Shown piece by piece: positions 9,429 to 19,052 of a stretch of 64,000 nucleotides of DNA. This stretch comes from Planctomycetota bacterium (GTDB taxonomy: Bacteria; Planctomycetota; UBA1135; UBA2386), in assembly GCA_947501605.1 (NCBI GenBank), contig CANMWZ010000003.1:160001-224000 (forward strand), written 5' to 3'. Numbering within the stretch: the first letter of the stretch is position 1; every line of letters begins with the position of its first letter. The position numbers and the translations under genes were made by a program. The notes beneath the pieces were generated by a model. It had not been told where the DNA came from and ran no database searches. It saw only the letters and a program-made list of their open reading frames with translations.

Positions 9429-10259
9429 TCAGGCCAGCCGCCGACAGAACTCTGCCACCAGGGCCGTCAGCATCACCGACGCCTTGCGACCTTCCTCCAT
9501 GACCTCTTGGTGATTGAGCGGTTGCTCGCCGATGCCAGCCGCGAGATTGGAGATGAGGGACAGCCCGCAGATGCGGGCCCCCATCGCATTCAACGCAATC
9601 GCCTCGTGCACGGTGCTCATGCCGACGGCATCGGCACCGAGCACCTTGAGCATGCGCACCTCGCTCGGCGTCTCGTAACTCGGACCCAGCAATCCAGCGT
9701 AGACGCCTTGCTGAAGCCCACTGCCGCACGCGAGCAGTAGCGAGCGCAACTGTGGATCGTAGAGCTTCGACTGATCTGGGAAACGCGGACCAAACAACGC
9801 CTCGTGCGGGCCGATGAGTGGCGATTGTCCGGTCAGATTGAGATGGTCGGTCAGCACCATCAGATCCCCAGCGCTCAGATCCTCGCCGATGCCGCCGGCG
9901 GCGTTGGTCAGCAAGAACTGCGACACCCCGAGCAGACGCAACGTCCGCACTGCGCGCGTGACACAAGCCGGCGACCATCCCTCGTAGAGATGAACACGAC
10001 CGGTGAGGCACGCCACCACGGTCCGATCGACGCGGCCGACCACCAGGGCGCCACCGTGGCCCTCGACCTTGGGCGTCGGCCATCCCGGGATCTCCGCGAA
10101 CGGCACGCTCACGGAGTCGTGCAGCTCGGCGGCGAAGCCCTTCAAGCCGCTGCCCAACACCATCGCCAACCCGATCTGTTGACAGCGAGCGGCAGACAGT
10201 CGCTGCTGCAGATACGCGACCGCGGCTTCCACTCGTTGACTCTCGGTCTGGGTTGTCAC
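9429..10259 (-). CDS. punA: Purine-nucleoside phosphorylase, trimeric PunA/XapA type
   Basis: VLGSGL, GRVHLYEG, TNAAGG, GPSYETPSE and GADAVGMSTVHE; GTG start overlaps the nupC stop. Confidence 0.95.
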   Translation of the reverse strand: MTTQTESQRVEAAVAYLQQRLSAARCQQIGLAMVLGSGLKGFAAELHDSVSVPFAEIPGWPTPKVEGHGGALVVGRVDRTVVACLTGRVHLYEGWSPACVTRAVRTLRLLGVSQFLLTNAAGGIGEDLSAGDLMVLTDHLNLTGQSPLIGPHEALFGPRFPDQSKLYDPQLRSLLLACGSGLQQGVYAGLLGPSYETPSEVRMLKVLGADAVGMSTVHEAIALNAMGARICGLSLISNLAAGIGEQPLNHQEVMEEGRKASVMLTALVAEFCRRLA

Positions 10260-11500
10260 TGAGCGACCTCGGCTAGAACACCCGCCACGCAGGCAGTCAT
10301 GCAGGTGGCAATCGCACCGCCGAACATCGCCCGCAGGCCAAGTTTGGCGAGATCTCCGCGGCGCTCGGGGGCGAGCGCGCCCAGCCCGCCGACCTGGATC
10401 GCAACGCTGCCGATGTTGGCAAAGCCACACAGTGCAAAACTGGCGATCATCGCTGTGCGGGGCGCGATCGTGCCCTGCTTGATCATCGGGCCCAGCTCGC
10501 CATAGGCATACAGTTCGGTCAGCGCGATCTTGCTGCCGAGCAACTGCGCGAGCACCGAGATGTCCTGAGCCGGCACACCCATCACGGCGGCAATCGGCCA
10601 GAAGACGATGCCGAGCGCCCCCTGTACCGACCAGTCAGCACTGAACAGATGCAGACAACCGTTGAGCACTTCGACGAGCCCAAGGAATGCGATCAGCATC
10701 GCGGCGACGTTGAGGGCAAGTTTGAGTCCATCTCCGGCGCCGGCCGCTGCGGCCTCCACGACATTGCCATAGATCTCGGCCTCGACCTTGCCAACGGTTC
10801 CCATGGTCGCGCTCTTCTCGGTTTCCGGCCACAGCATCTTGGTGCAGATCAAGCCCGCTGGCACCGCCATCACCGACGCCACCATCAAGTGGCCGGCGTT
10901 GACTCCGAGCCCGACGTACAACGCGAACACGCCACCGGCAATGGTGGCAAAGCCACCGACCATGATGGCGTGCAACTCGCTCATGGTCATCGTCTTCAAG
11001 AACGGCTTGATGAGCAGCGGAGCTTCCGTCTGACCGACGAACACGTTGGCGCAGGCCGACAGTGACTCGCTGCCCGATGTGCCCATGAGCCGCACCATCA
11101 CGCGCGCCATTTGTCGAACGATCCACTGCATGAGGCCGAGGTGATAGAGCACGGCCATGAAGCTGCTGAAGAAGATCAGTGTCGGCAGCACCCGGAAGGC
11201 GAACAGGAAGCCGTTGTTCTCACCCGGCAACGCCTGGTCGACGGCGCCAACGTCGGTCAGTGCGCCGAAGATGAACTGGCTGCCCTTCAAGGAGAAGTCG
11301 AGGAACTCGCTGACCTTGCCCCCAAACCACTGCAGGGCGGCATTGCCGCGGCTCCAGTAGAGAAACGTCAGCCCCAGCACAGCCTGGAGGCCGAGACCGA
11401 CGTAGACGAGCCGCCACGAGATGGCTCGACGGTTGTGCGAGAAGACGTAGCAAATGAGCAGCATCGCAAAGATGCCGATCAGTGAGACGAAGCGCTCCAT
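10256..11500 (-). CDS. nupC: CNT-family (NupC) concentrative nucleoside transporter
   Basis: FAFRVLPTLIFFS, ANVFVGQTEAPL, GGFATIAG and FALCGFAN. Confidence 0.95.
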   Translation of the reverse strand: MERFVSLIGIFAMLLICYVFSHNRRAISWRLVYVGLGLQAVLGLTFLYWSRGNAALQWFGGKVSEFLDFSLKGSQFIFGALTDVGAVDQALPGENNGFLFAFRVLPTLIFFSSFMAVLYHLGLMQWIVRQMARVMVRLMGTSGSESLSACANVFVGQTEAPLLIKPFLKTMTMSELHAIMVGGFATIAGGVFALYVGLGVNAGHLMVASVMAVPAGLICTKMLWPETEKSATMGTVGKVEAEIYGNVVEAAAAGAGDGLKLALNVAAMLIAFLGLVEVLNGCLHLFSADWSVQGALGIVFWPIAAVMGVPAQDISVLAQLLGSKIALTELYAYGELGPMIKQGTIAPRTAMIASFALCGFANIGSVAIQVGGLGALAPERRGDLAKLGLRAMFGGAIATCMTACVAGVLAEVAQ

Positions 11501-11626
11501 GGGAGGCGGATGCTACGTCGCGTCCCCCGCCGCCGCACCCGTGGAGTGCGAGCCATGCGCGTGGCGGACTCGAGAATCGCCAGTAGGATGCGCCGCGTGC
11601 CGAACCATGCCGATTCCACCGATCCC

Positions 11627-12430
11627 ATGGGCGCGAGTTCGCACCGTCTCGCGGACGGATCCCACGACTGGCTCGTTCGCGAAGAGCCGCTGCTCCTTTC
11701 GATCCACGGCCAACAGTTGATGACGATGCGGACGCCAGGTCGCGATGAGGACCTTGGCCTCGGCTTCCTGCTCGGTGAGGGCATCGTGCAGACCAGCGGC
11801 AACGTGAAAGAGCTCCTGCTGGTGCCGGGCGACGCGGCAGCAGATCGCGTCGACGAGCTGCGGATCCAACTCAACACGCCGCTGGACGCTGCCGTTCGCG
11901 GTCGCCTCGCGCGCACGCACGAGATCCGCAGTTCCTGCGGAATCTGCGGGCTCGCCGACCCCGACGCGCTGCTCGACGACTTGCCACCCCTGCTGCCAGG
12001 TGCGCCACGGATCGCCCCGTCGTTGATCGCAGCGCTGGTCGAGCAGTTGAAGCAATATCAGCCGCTGTTTCTGCGCACCGGCGGTTGCCACGGTGCCATG
12101 GTCACCGATGCCCACGGAACCGTGCATGGCCACGGCGAAGACGTCGGCCGCCACAACGCCCTGGACAAGGCCATTGGTATGGCTGCCCGCAACGGCTGCG
12201 ACCTGTCGCGCGCGGTCGCCATCTTGTCGGGGCGCGCTGGCTACGACCTTGCGATCAAGTGCCTGCGCCTACGCATCCCGGTGCTCGTATCGGTCTCGGC
12301 CCCTTCGGCCTTGGCCTTCGACCTCTGCCACGCGGCGGGCGCGACGCTGGTTGGCTTTGCCCGTGGCAGCGATTTCCGCGTGTACTGCGACAGTGGCCGG
12401 CTCGAGGGCGAGAGCGGCACCACCGCCTGA
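11627..12430 (+). CDS. fdhD: Formate dehydrogenase accessory sulfurtransferase FdhD
   Basis: EEPL, TMRTPG, SSCGICG, TGGCHGA and EDVGRHNALDKAIG. Start uncertain (11588-11627). Confidence 0.93.
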   Translation: MGASSHRLADGSHDWLVREEPLLLSIHGQQLMTMRTPGRDEDLGLGFLLGEGIVQTSGNVKELLLVPGDAAADRVDELRIQLNTPLDAAVRGRLARTHEIRSSCGICGLADPDALLDDLPPLLPGAPRIAPSLIAALVEQLKQYQPLFLRTGGCHGAMVTDAHGTVHGHGEDVGRHNALDKAIGMAARNGCDLSRAVAILSGRAGYDLAIKCLRLRIPVLVSVSAPSALAFDLCHAAGATLVGFARGSDFRVYCDSGRLEGESGTTA

Positions 12431-12507
12431 TCGAGTCTCGCAGCGAGACGAAGGTCTCTGCCATCGCCGCGAGACTGCAGCCCGGCAGCTAGAGTACACG
12501 CAGCATC

Positions 12508-13488
12508 ATGGTCGCCATCCCGAGCCTCACCACTCTTGCCGCTTCGCTGGCGCTGTTGTCGGTCGGCATCGTCGCTCTGGGGGCAAAGCCGGCGCAGCGC
12601 TTTCCTGTTGGCGATAACGGCACACTCCGATGCCGCCTGCCCGACTACCAAGCCGAACCGCTGCTGCAATGGCTCGTCGCGAGGTACCAGGAGCCATCGT
12701 TCCTCGACACCGACGGCCATGACTTCCGCGGTGCAGTCCTCGGCGATCGCGTCGAGGAAGCGTGGTTCGACGACCAGAGCCTGTCGCTACTGCAGGCCAA
12801 ACACGAGGTCCATCATGTGCGCCGCGTGGGCCAAGGAGCCACCGCGGGCGTCAGCGACATTCTCTACCTGACTACGGGACAGCAGACTCTGGCGCTCCAC
12901 CACGCCGTCGATCCAACCGCGCCGACTCGCTTCCAGGATGCGCTCGCGCTGCACGATCTCGTGACCGCCGACCAGCGTCCAGCAGTCGAACTGACCCTCC
13001 GCGACTCTGGTATCCGTCCAGCCAGCCTCGAACGCACTCTACGTCTGGATCGCAAACGACACGGCATCCTCCTCAGCGACCAGACCGGTCCGTGCCTCGA
13101 GATCGCTGTCGATCAATGCACTTCGCTGCAGCAGGATCTGGCACTGCGCTGGGTCGAGTTCGAGGTCTCCATCCCACCAGCGCGCAATGGCGACGCAGTT
13201 GTTGGCGAGACTATGCAGCGCGTCCGCACGCAGGTTCTCGAGGAAGTTCGAGCGCAGTTTCCGCAGGTGAAGCCAGAGTCGGAGGGACCGTATGCAACCG
13301 TGTTTCTTCGCCTGCAGTCAGGAACCTGGCTGCCCCTGCGCACGCTCCACGAACTGAAATTGTCGGACCAGCAGGCGAAGATCGCACTGCTGATGCTGAC
13401 CGCGCTCACACTGAGTGCGCCCGCGCTGATCTTTGCTCTGCGTCGCGTCCGCGGACAGCGCCACCAGCGCAACGCGCAGCTCGTTTGA
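12508..13488 (+). CDS. Hypothetical membrane-anchored protein, degenerate CYTH-like fold
   Basis: N-terminal signal/anchor and C-terminal TM; WFDDQSLSLL..VRR, EIAVD and EFEV resemble CYTH strands. Confidence 0.55.
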   Translation: MVAIPSLTTLAASLALLSVGIVALGAKPAQRFPVGDNGTLRCRLPDYQAEPLLQWLVARYQEPSFLDTDGHDFRGAVLGDRVEEAWFDDQSLSLLQAKHEVHHVRRVGQGATAGVSDILYLTTGQQTLALHHAVDPTAPTRFQDALALHDLVTADQRPAVELTLRDSGIRPASLERTLRLDRKRHGILLSDQTGPCLEIAVDQCTSLQQDLALRWVEFEVSIPPARNGDAVVGETMQRVRTQVLEEVRAQFPQVKPESEGPYATVFLRLQSGTWLPLRTLHELKLSDQQAKIALLMLTALTLSAPALIFALRRVRGQRHQRNAQLV

Positions 13489-13504
13489 TCGTCCGCCCGC
13501 GCGC

Positions 13505-14413
13505 TCAGTCGACGCTGAAGTCGTTGGCGCGCTGGTAGCGTCCGGAGCGCTCCTTCTCCAGCTGCATCAGCACGTCCGTCAGCAGGGAACTCGCCCCGAA
13601 ACGGAACCACGCCGGCGACATCCACAGGTCCCCGCAGGTCTCGTTGACCAAGACCAAGTACTTGAGCGCGTCTTTGCTGGTCCGGATGCCGCCCGCAGCC
13701 TTGACGCCGACCATCTGGCCGGTCTCGAGGTAGTGGTCACGGACCGCCTCGAGCATGAGCAGGACCACGGGCAGAGTGCTCGCCGGAGTCACCTTGCCGG
13801 TACTGGTCTTCAAGAAGTCGCCGCCGGCAAGCAGGGCGATGCGGCACGCCCGGCGCACGTTGTCGTAGGTCTTCAGCTCGCCGGTTTCGAGGATGACCTT
13901 GAGGTGCGCGCGGCCGCAGGCCTGCTTGATGGCGACGATCTCGTCGTAGACGTGCCCGTAGCGACCCGCGAGGAAGGCGCCGCGATCGATCACCATGTCA
14001 ATCTCGGTTGCACCAGCGGCAACGGCGAGTTCGGTTTCGCGAAGCTTGGTGGCGCGGTCCGTACGGCCCGAAGGGAACCCCGTTGCCACAGAAGCGACTT
14101 GCACAGAGCTGCCCCGCAACGCCTCGACTGCGACCGAGACCAAGTCGGGATAGACACACACCGCGGCGCAAGACGGAATCTCAGGGCGCCCCGGCATCGG
14201 CTGCCTAGCTTTCGCGCACAGTTGCCGAACCTTGCCGGGAGAATCCATGCCCTCGAGGGTCGTCAGGTCCATCATGCGGATCGCGAGCTGCAACCCCTGC
14301 ACTTTCGCCTTCTGCTTGATGGAACGCGTTCCGAGCTCTTGCGCGCGCGTCTCCAACTGGACGGCATCGACGGGCGGTACGCGGAACTCTGTCGGGGACT
14401 GCATGGAGGGCAT
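13505..14413 (-). CDS. deoC: Deoxyribose-phosphate aldolase
   Basis: DLTTLEG, VATGFP, EIDMVI, LKVILETGEL, FLKTSTGK, GVKAAGG and RFGASSLL. Confidence 0.97.
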   Translation of the reverse strand: MPSMQSPTEFRVPPVDAVQLETRAQELGTRSIKQKAKVQGLQLAIRMMDLTTLEGMDSPGKVRQLCAKARQPMPGRPEIPSCAAVCVYPDLVSVAVEALRGSSVQVASVATGFPSGRTDRATKLRETELAVAAGATEIDMVIDRGAFLAGRYGHVYDEIVAIKQACGRAHLKVILETGELKTYDNVRRACRIALLAGGDFLKTSTGKVTPASTLPVVLLMLEAVRDHYLETGQMVGVKAAGGIRTSKDALKYLVLVNETCGDLWMSPAWFRFGASSLLTDVLMQLEKERSGRYQRANDFSVD

Positions 14414-14433
14414 GGAAGATACCTCTGCCTCGC

Positions 14434-14856
14434 CTACGGCAACGAGTGGAACGTGAACGGTTCGGGCAACAGCCGATCAAGACTGGTCGCCACCTGCGAG
14501 TTGCCCGTGCCGAGCAGCACGACATGCATCGCCGGGCCGAACTCGGCGAGCACCTGTCGGCATGCGCCGCACGGACGCGCCGGATCGAGCAAGTCCGTCA
14601 CCACGACGACCGCCCGCAGCGCGCGAACGCCAACCGCAACGGCGGCACAGACCGCTGCGCGTTCGGCGCAGATGGTGAGCCCGTAGCTGGCATTCTCGAC
14701 ATTGCAGCCGGCAAACAGCCGGCCATCGTCGCTGAGAACCGCAGCGCCGACGCGAAACCGCGAGGCCGGCGCATACGCGTGCGCTTGTGCAGCGCGGGCC
14801 ATCGCCGCCATCTGCTCGACGACGCCGGAAGCCAGCTCACCGACCCGAGAGACCAT
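14434..14856 (-). CDS. cdd: Cytidine deaminase, tetrameric type
   Basis: AYAP.S.F.VGAA, GCNVENASYG, CAERAA and PCGACRQ. Confidence 0.96.
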   Translation of the reverse strand: MVSRVGELASGVVEQMAAMARAAQAHAYAPASRFRVGAAVLSDDGRLFAGCNVENASYGLTICAERAAVCAAVAVGVRALRAVVVVTDLLDPARPCGACRQVLAEFGPAMHVVLLGTGNSQVATSLDRLLPEPFTFHSLP

Positions 14857-14986
14857 CGAGGAAGCCTACGCCGCAGCGGATGCGACCGCGAGCCACTTGT
14901 CGCTGTCCCTAGGCCAAACGTGTGCAATGCGGACAGGCGCACCCGTGGAGTGCCCTGTCTCTGTGCGCGATGGGCACACTCGCACC

Positions 14987-15003
14987 GCGGCACAGGGCTT
15001 GCT
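14987..15003 (+). promoter_or_regulatory. Candidate sigma-54 (-24/-12) promoter
   Basis: GCGGCACAGGGCTTGCT has exact GG-N10-GC spacing and is close to YTGGCACG-N4-TTGCW; 13 bp separate it from ATG 15017. Confidence 0.55.
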
Positions 15004-15016
15004 CCATACCCTTGCC

Positions 15017-15850
15017 ATGTTCCGATCCGCTGTGTTGCTCCCGTTCTCCGTCGCCTCTGTGCTGGCCGCGTTCGCGGTTCCGCATCAGGGGCAGCGGTAC
15101 ACGGTGGTCGCCAGCGCGTCCACGGCAACTGTGGCAGCCGCGGCAGCGCAAGCTGTCACGGTGCACGAACCGGCGATGCAGTGCGAAACCAAGGTGCAGT
15201 GCGAACGGATGGACGCACGCACCATGGCTCAGCCCGGTGCCGCTTGGATCTACACCGTGGCCGGCCTGCCGCCAACCGATGCGCCTGCTGCCGACGATCG
15301 CGTCGACACCACGGCGCTCGGTATCCGCGGCCTCGCGTTCGTTGTGCACCCGCACCGCGAACTGAAGACCCTGACTCGCGACCAGGTGCACGGCCTGATG
15401 TCCGGTTCGATCACCAACTGGAACCAGTTCGGTGGCCCCAATGCGGCGATCCGACTGCTGCGTTCAACCGACCCCGACGACCAGGACACGCTGTCTGAGT
15501 ACCTCGGCGCACCGGACCTGACCCGGCTCGGCCAGAGCGACGCGTTCTACGGCGACCATCGTTGCCTGCGCCTCGTGACCGGCGACCCGTTCGCCATCGG
15601 CACAATGTCGATTGCCTTTGCGGAACGTGCCGTCGCCGAAGGCGTGCCACTGCAAATCGTCCCGCTCGATGGCATTGCCGCGACCAGCAACGCCGCCATG
15701 GACGGCAGCTACCCGCTGGTGCGAACGCTCGAAGTGCGCTTCGCCAACGTCGAAGACAGCCGCAACGCTCGATTGCTGCACCGCCTCGCCGGCGATGAGG
15801 GCCAAGAACTCTTGCGCGCTTCTGGCTACCACTCGCTGCCACTGCGCTGA
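15017..15850 (+). CDS. PstS-like periplasmic binding protein, divergent
   Basis: Signal peptide; GLAFVVHP..LTRDQV..LMSGSITNWNQFGG, AIG, and DG..YPLVR. Confidence 0.8.
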   Translation: MFRSAVLLPFSVASVLAAFAVPHQGQRYTVVASASTATVAAAAAQAVTVHEPAMQCETKVQCERMDARTMAQPGAAWIYTVAGLPPTDAPAADDRVDTTALGIRGLAFVVHPHRELKTLTRDQVHGLMSGSITNWNQFGGPNAAIRLLRSTDPDDQDTLSEYLGAPDLTRLGQSDAFYGDHRCLRLVTGDPFAIGTMSIAFAERAVAEGVPLQIVPLDGIAATSNAAMDGSYPLVRTLEVRFANVEDSRNARLLHRLAGDEGQELLRASGYHSLPLR

Positions 15851-15953
15851 CCTTCGGGGTGCGCGTGGAGCCTCGGTTCCATGCCCGGCACGCGACGACG
15901 GCCGCAGGCGCTGGCAACCAACTAGGTGCGGGCGCCGACACGATCATCGCAGC

Positions 15954-17315
15954 ATGGCGGCAGTCGCCGCGATTGCCCATGATCCTCTGGTGAGCGCAAC
16001 CGACATCCCGACGCCGCAGTCTGATGCCGCTGTGAGAGCGGTGTTGCGCGTCCTCCACTGTGAGGACCGCGAGGAACTCACCATCGGGGGCCTTGCGGTG
16101 CGTTCGCTGGTGCACGAATTCGGCTCCCCGCTCTACCTGTTTGACGCCGACGCCATCCGTCGTCGCGCCGCCCTCGTGCACGCAGCCCTCGGCCCGCGCG
16201 TCGCGCTGCTGTTTTCGATCAAGGCGAATCCAAACCTCGCGATCACTCGACTCCTGCGCGAATGCGGGATCGGTGCCGAGATCGCCTCGCTGGGAGAACT
16301 CGAAGTCGCCCTCGCCGCCGGGCACGCGGCTGCGGCGCTGCGCTTCGCCGGCCCCGGCAAGACCGATGCCGAGCTAACGACCGCGTTGCAGTCCGGCCTC
16401 GGTTGCGTGCACGTGGAGTCAGCAAGTGAAGTGGCGGCGCTGTCGCGAATCGCGCGTTCGCTTGGCCGGCGAGCAGGCGTCGCGGTGCGCGTAAACCTCA
16501 CCAGCAAAGCCCTCGGCGGTCGCCTCCGCATGGCGGGTTCGGGCGCCAGATTTGGCGTCGATCAGGATCAAGTACCCGAACTGCTGACTGCAATCGCGGG
16601 CAATGACGCGCTGCAACTCCGCGGCCTCCACGCCTACAACGGCACACAGTGCTTTGATGCCAACGCCTTTGTGCACGGCGCCTCTCTGCTGTGCGAACTG
16701 GCAGCAGCCTTTGAGCGCAAGCTGTCGGTGCGCTTGTCCGAACTCGACCTTGGCGGCGGATTCGGTGTGCCGACGTATCTCGGAGACCCGCAGTTCGACC
16801 TTGATCGAGCCGGCTTGTTGCTACAACCAGTGCTCGACCATCATGACGCCCCGCATCGACGCTACTTCGTCGAACTCGGGCGCTACCTGACCGCCGAGGC
16901 CGGCGTCTACGCCAGCACGATCGTGCGGACGAAGACCAACGGCGGACGCCTGCACCTCGCCCTCGACGGCGGTCTACACCATTGCGCCGTCGCCGCCGGC
17001 AGCGGCAGCGTGCTTCGTCGCCCGGGGCTCGTGGTCCATGCCAGCGCGCTGCAGCAACCGGCCGCCGCCACCGTCGCCATTGGCGGCCCCTTGTGCACGC
17101 CGCAAGACCAGTTCGCCGACGCGGTGCAGCTGCCGCCGTGCGCCGAGGGCGACGTCCTCGCCGTGCTGTCGGCCGGGGCCTACGGCCTCAGCTACAGCCC
17201 GATCGGATTCCTCGGGCATCCGACGCCCGCCGAGGTGCTGATCGACGGCGGCGCGGCCCGGATCGTGCGCGCCCGTGGGACAGCGCTCGACGCGCTACGC
17301 GGCCAACGACCCTGA
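15954..17315 (+). CDS. PLP-dependent fold-III decarboxylase (LysA superfamily; BtrK/exosortase-associated-like)
   Basis: FSIKANP (PLP Lys), FAGPGK, DLGGGFG, ELGRYL, GGPLCTPQD and AGAYG. Start estimated. Confidence 0.88.
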   Translation: MAAVAAIAHDPLVSATDIPTPQSDAAVRAVLRVLHCEDREELTIGGLAVRSLVHEFGSPLYLFDADAIRRRAALVHAALGPRVALLFSIKANPNLAITRLLRECGIGAEIASLGELEVALAAGHAAAALRFAGPGKTDAELTTALQSGLGCVHVESASEVAALSRIARSLGRRAGVAVRVNLTSKALGGRLRMAGSGARFGVDQDQVPELLTAIAGNDALQLRGLHAYNGTQCFDANAFVHGASLLCELAAAFERKLSVRLSELDLGGGFGVPTYLGDPQFDLDRAGLLLQPVLDHHDAPHRRYFVELGRYLTAEAGVYASTIVRTKTNGGRLHLALDGGLHHCAVAAGSGSVLRRPGLVVHASALQQPAAATVAIGGPLCTPQDQFADAVQLPPCAEGDVLAVLSAGAYGLSYSPIGFLGHPTPAEVLIDGGAARIVRARGTALDALRGQRP

Positions 17316-17395
17316 CCAAGACACTGCCGGCGCGGTGGCATGACCAACCAACGCCGAGGCCGCCGCGCGCGGATTCGTGTGCCATACTTCTTCGC

Positions 17396-17884
17396 ATGCT
17401 TCGTCCGTCCTACTCCCTGTTCGGTCTCGCGTTGCTGGTCTGCACCTTGGCAGCCTGCGGCGGCAGCGAACCTACGGGCCCCAACCCAAGCGGCGCGGAC
17501 AACCCCGGTGCGGCGGGAACCATGCCCGTGGACCAAGCCGAACCACGCGACATCCAAGAGAAACTGGTGCCTGGAAAGCCAGCCGTCACGGAACCCATCG
17601 AGCTCGTGCGCGAGATCGAACGGCTGCTGGACAGTGTGACGGATCGAGCTTCCGCCATGGACAAGCGCATCGCGATCGACGGCCGCCTGCTGGCGCTGCG
17701 CAAGAAACTGCCCGACTGGGAACATCTGCACAGTGCCGCCCGCGAACTGTTGAAGCCCCATGGGGAAGAAGGCCAGATCCTCGCCGACCGCGTGCGGAGC
17801 AAGGCCTTGGCACTCGCCGAGAACCCTGCGGTCAAGGCGATCCTCATGCCCTACCTGCAACAGGTGCAGGACCTGCTGAAGTGA
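17396..17884 (+). CDS. Hypothetical lipoprotein
   Basis: Hydrophobic leader ending in lipobox LAAC, then a Pro/Gly linker and a helical domain. Confidence 0.75.
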   Translation: MLRPSYSLFGLALLVCTLAACGGSEPTGPNPSGADNPGAAGTMPVDQAEPRDIQEKLVPGKPAVTEPIELVREIERLLDSVTDRASAMDKRIAIDGRLLALRKKLPDWEHLHSAARELLKPHGEEGQILADRVRSKALALAENPAVKAILMPYLQQVQDLLK

Positions 17885-17933
17885 CCGATCGGCGCGCCGA
17901 GCCGCCCCCAACTCCGCGCGACGTCGACGCCGA

Positions 17934-19052
17934 TCAGTGAGCGGCAGAGGCCGCAAGGTCGGCAATCGCCTGACAGAGCTTCATCACCGGCACGCCTTCT
18001 AGATTGCACATCACGACCGCCACGACGCGCGACTCCGGCAGCAGCACCAACGCCGTGCTGACGCGCGACTGGGCGCCGCTGTGCGACCACTGCAGGTGCT
18101 CGGTGCGCATCGCAATCGACAGTCCCAGCCCATAGCCCGTCGACTTGCCGTCCGTCGACGTTTGCGGCGTCGCCATCACGGCGCGCTGTTCTAGCCGCAA
18201 CAACGTGCCGTCCAGCAGCGCAACACCAAAGCGCGCGAGGTCCTCGACATTGCTGCACAGACCGCCGCCGCCGATCTTGTAGCTGCTGTCCATGAGCGCA
18301 CTGTTTTGCAGTTCGCCCTGTCGGCGCACGTAGCCCTGCGCCCGACCCTTCAGGATCCGCCGCTGGTCGTCGGACTGCAAGGACAGGGCCTTCGCCGGCG
18401 TTGCGATGTGCATGCCGACGTAGTCCGAGAACGTCTGCCCACTCGAAACCTCAACCGCGGCCGCCGCCAGGCTGTAGCCGTAGGTGCTGTAGCGGTACTT
18501 GGTGCCCGGCTCGTGCAGCAAGTCGTCGTCGCAGAAGCGCGACAAGCCGGCTCGCTGCGACGCGAAGTGCACGGTGCTCTCCGACTCGCCGAGGCGGTAG
18601 TGACGCACGCCGCCAAGGTGCCCGAGCACCTGGCGCAACGTCACCGGCCACGGCTTCTGCGGCCATTCGGGCACGACCCCGTGCAGGTCCGCGTCGAGCT
18701 CCAGTTTGCCAGCAGCGACCAACTGCATCACTGCGACGGCCGTCACCGGCTTGCTGATGGATGCGAGGCGGTACACCGTCTTCTCGTTTGCCGGCACATC
18801 GTTCTCGAGATCCGCCAGGCCGAGGCCGCCTGCGAACACGACGTCGGCATCGCGCGCGAACGCGAAGGAGAGACCTGGGATCGCGTGCTCGGCGCGGAAG
18901 GCGGCAGCCCGCTCGCTGGCGCGATCGCAGAGTTCGGCAGTTCGTGGGACTGCGGTCCCCTTGCCGTTGCCGCCTTGCGTCTCTTGGCCGACCAGCGGCG
19001 CGAGCACGAACGCGGTCGCGACGAGGATCCGACGCATCGCCAGCGAGTTCAT
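17934..19052 (-). CDS. Secreted serine hydrolase, beta-lactamase class C-like
   Basis: SISK (SxxK), LGHLGG, PGTKYRYSTYGY and HSG; ATGA overlap with the upstream gene. Confidence 0.9.
   Translation of the reverse strand: MNSLAMRRILVATAFVLAPLVGQETQGGNGKGTAVPRTAELCDRASERAAAFRAEHAIPGLSFAFARDADVVFAGGLGLADLENDVPANEKTVYRLASISKPVTAVAVMQLVAAGKLELDADLHGVVPEWPQKPWPVTLRQVLGHLGGVRHYRLGESESTVHFASQRAGLSRFCDDDLLHEPGTKYRYSTYGYSLAAAAVEVSSGQTFSDYVGMHIATPAKALSLQSDDQRRILKGRAQGYVRRQGELQNSALMDSSYKIGGGGLCSNVEDLARFGVALLDGTLLRLEQRAVMATPQTSTDGKSTGYGLGLSIAMRTEHLQWSHSGAQSRVSTALVLLPESRVVAVVMCNLEGVPVMKLCQAIADLAASAAH

Noticed and set aside
17934..19052. Antibiotic-resistance beta-lactamase
   Set aside because: Generic SxxK serine hydrolase with YST/HSG motifs; nothing specifically supports beta-lactam hydrolysis.
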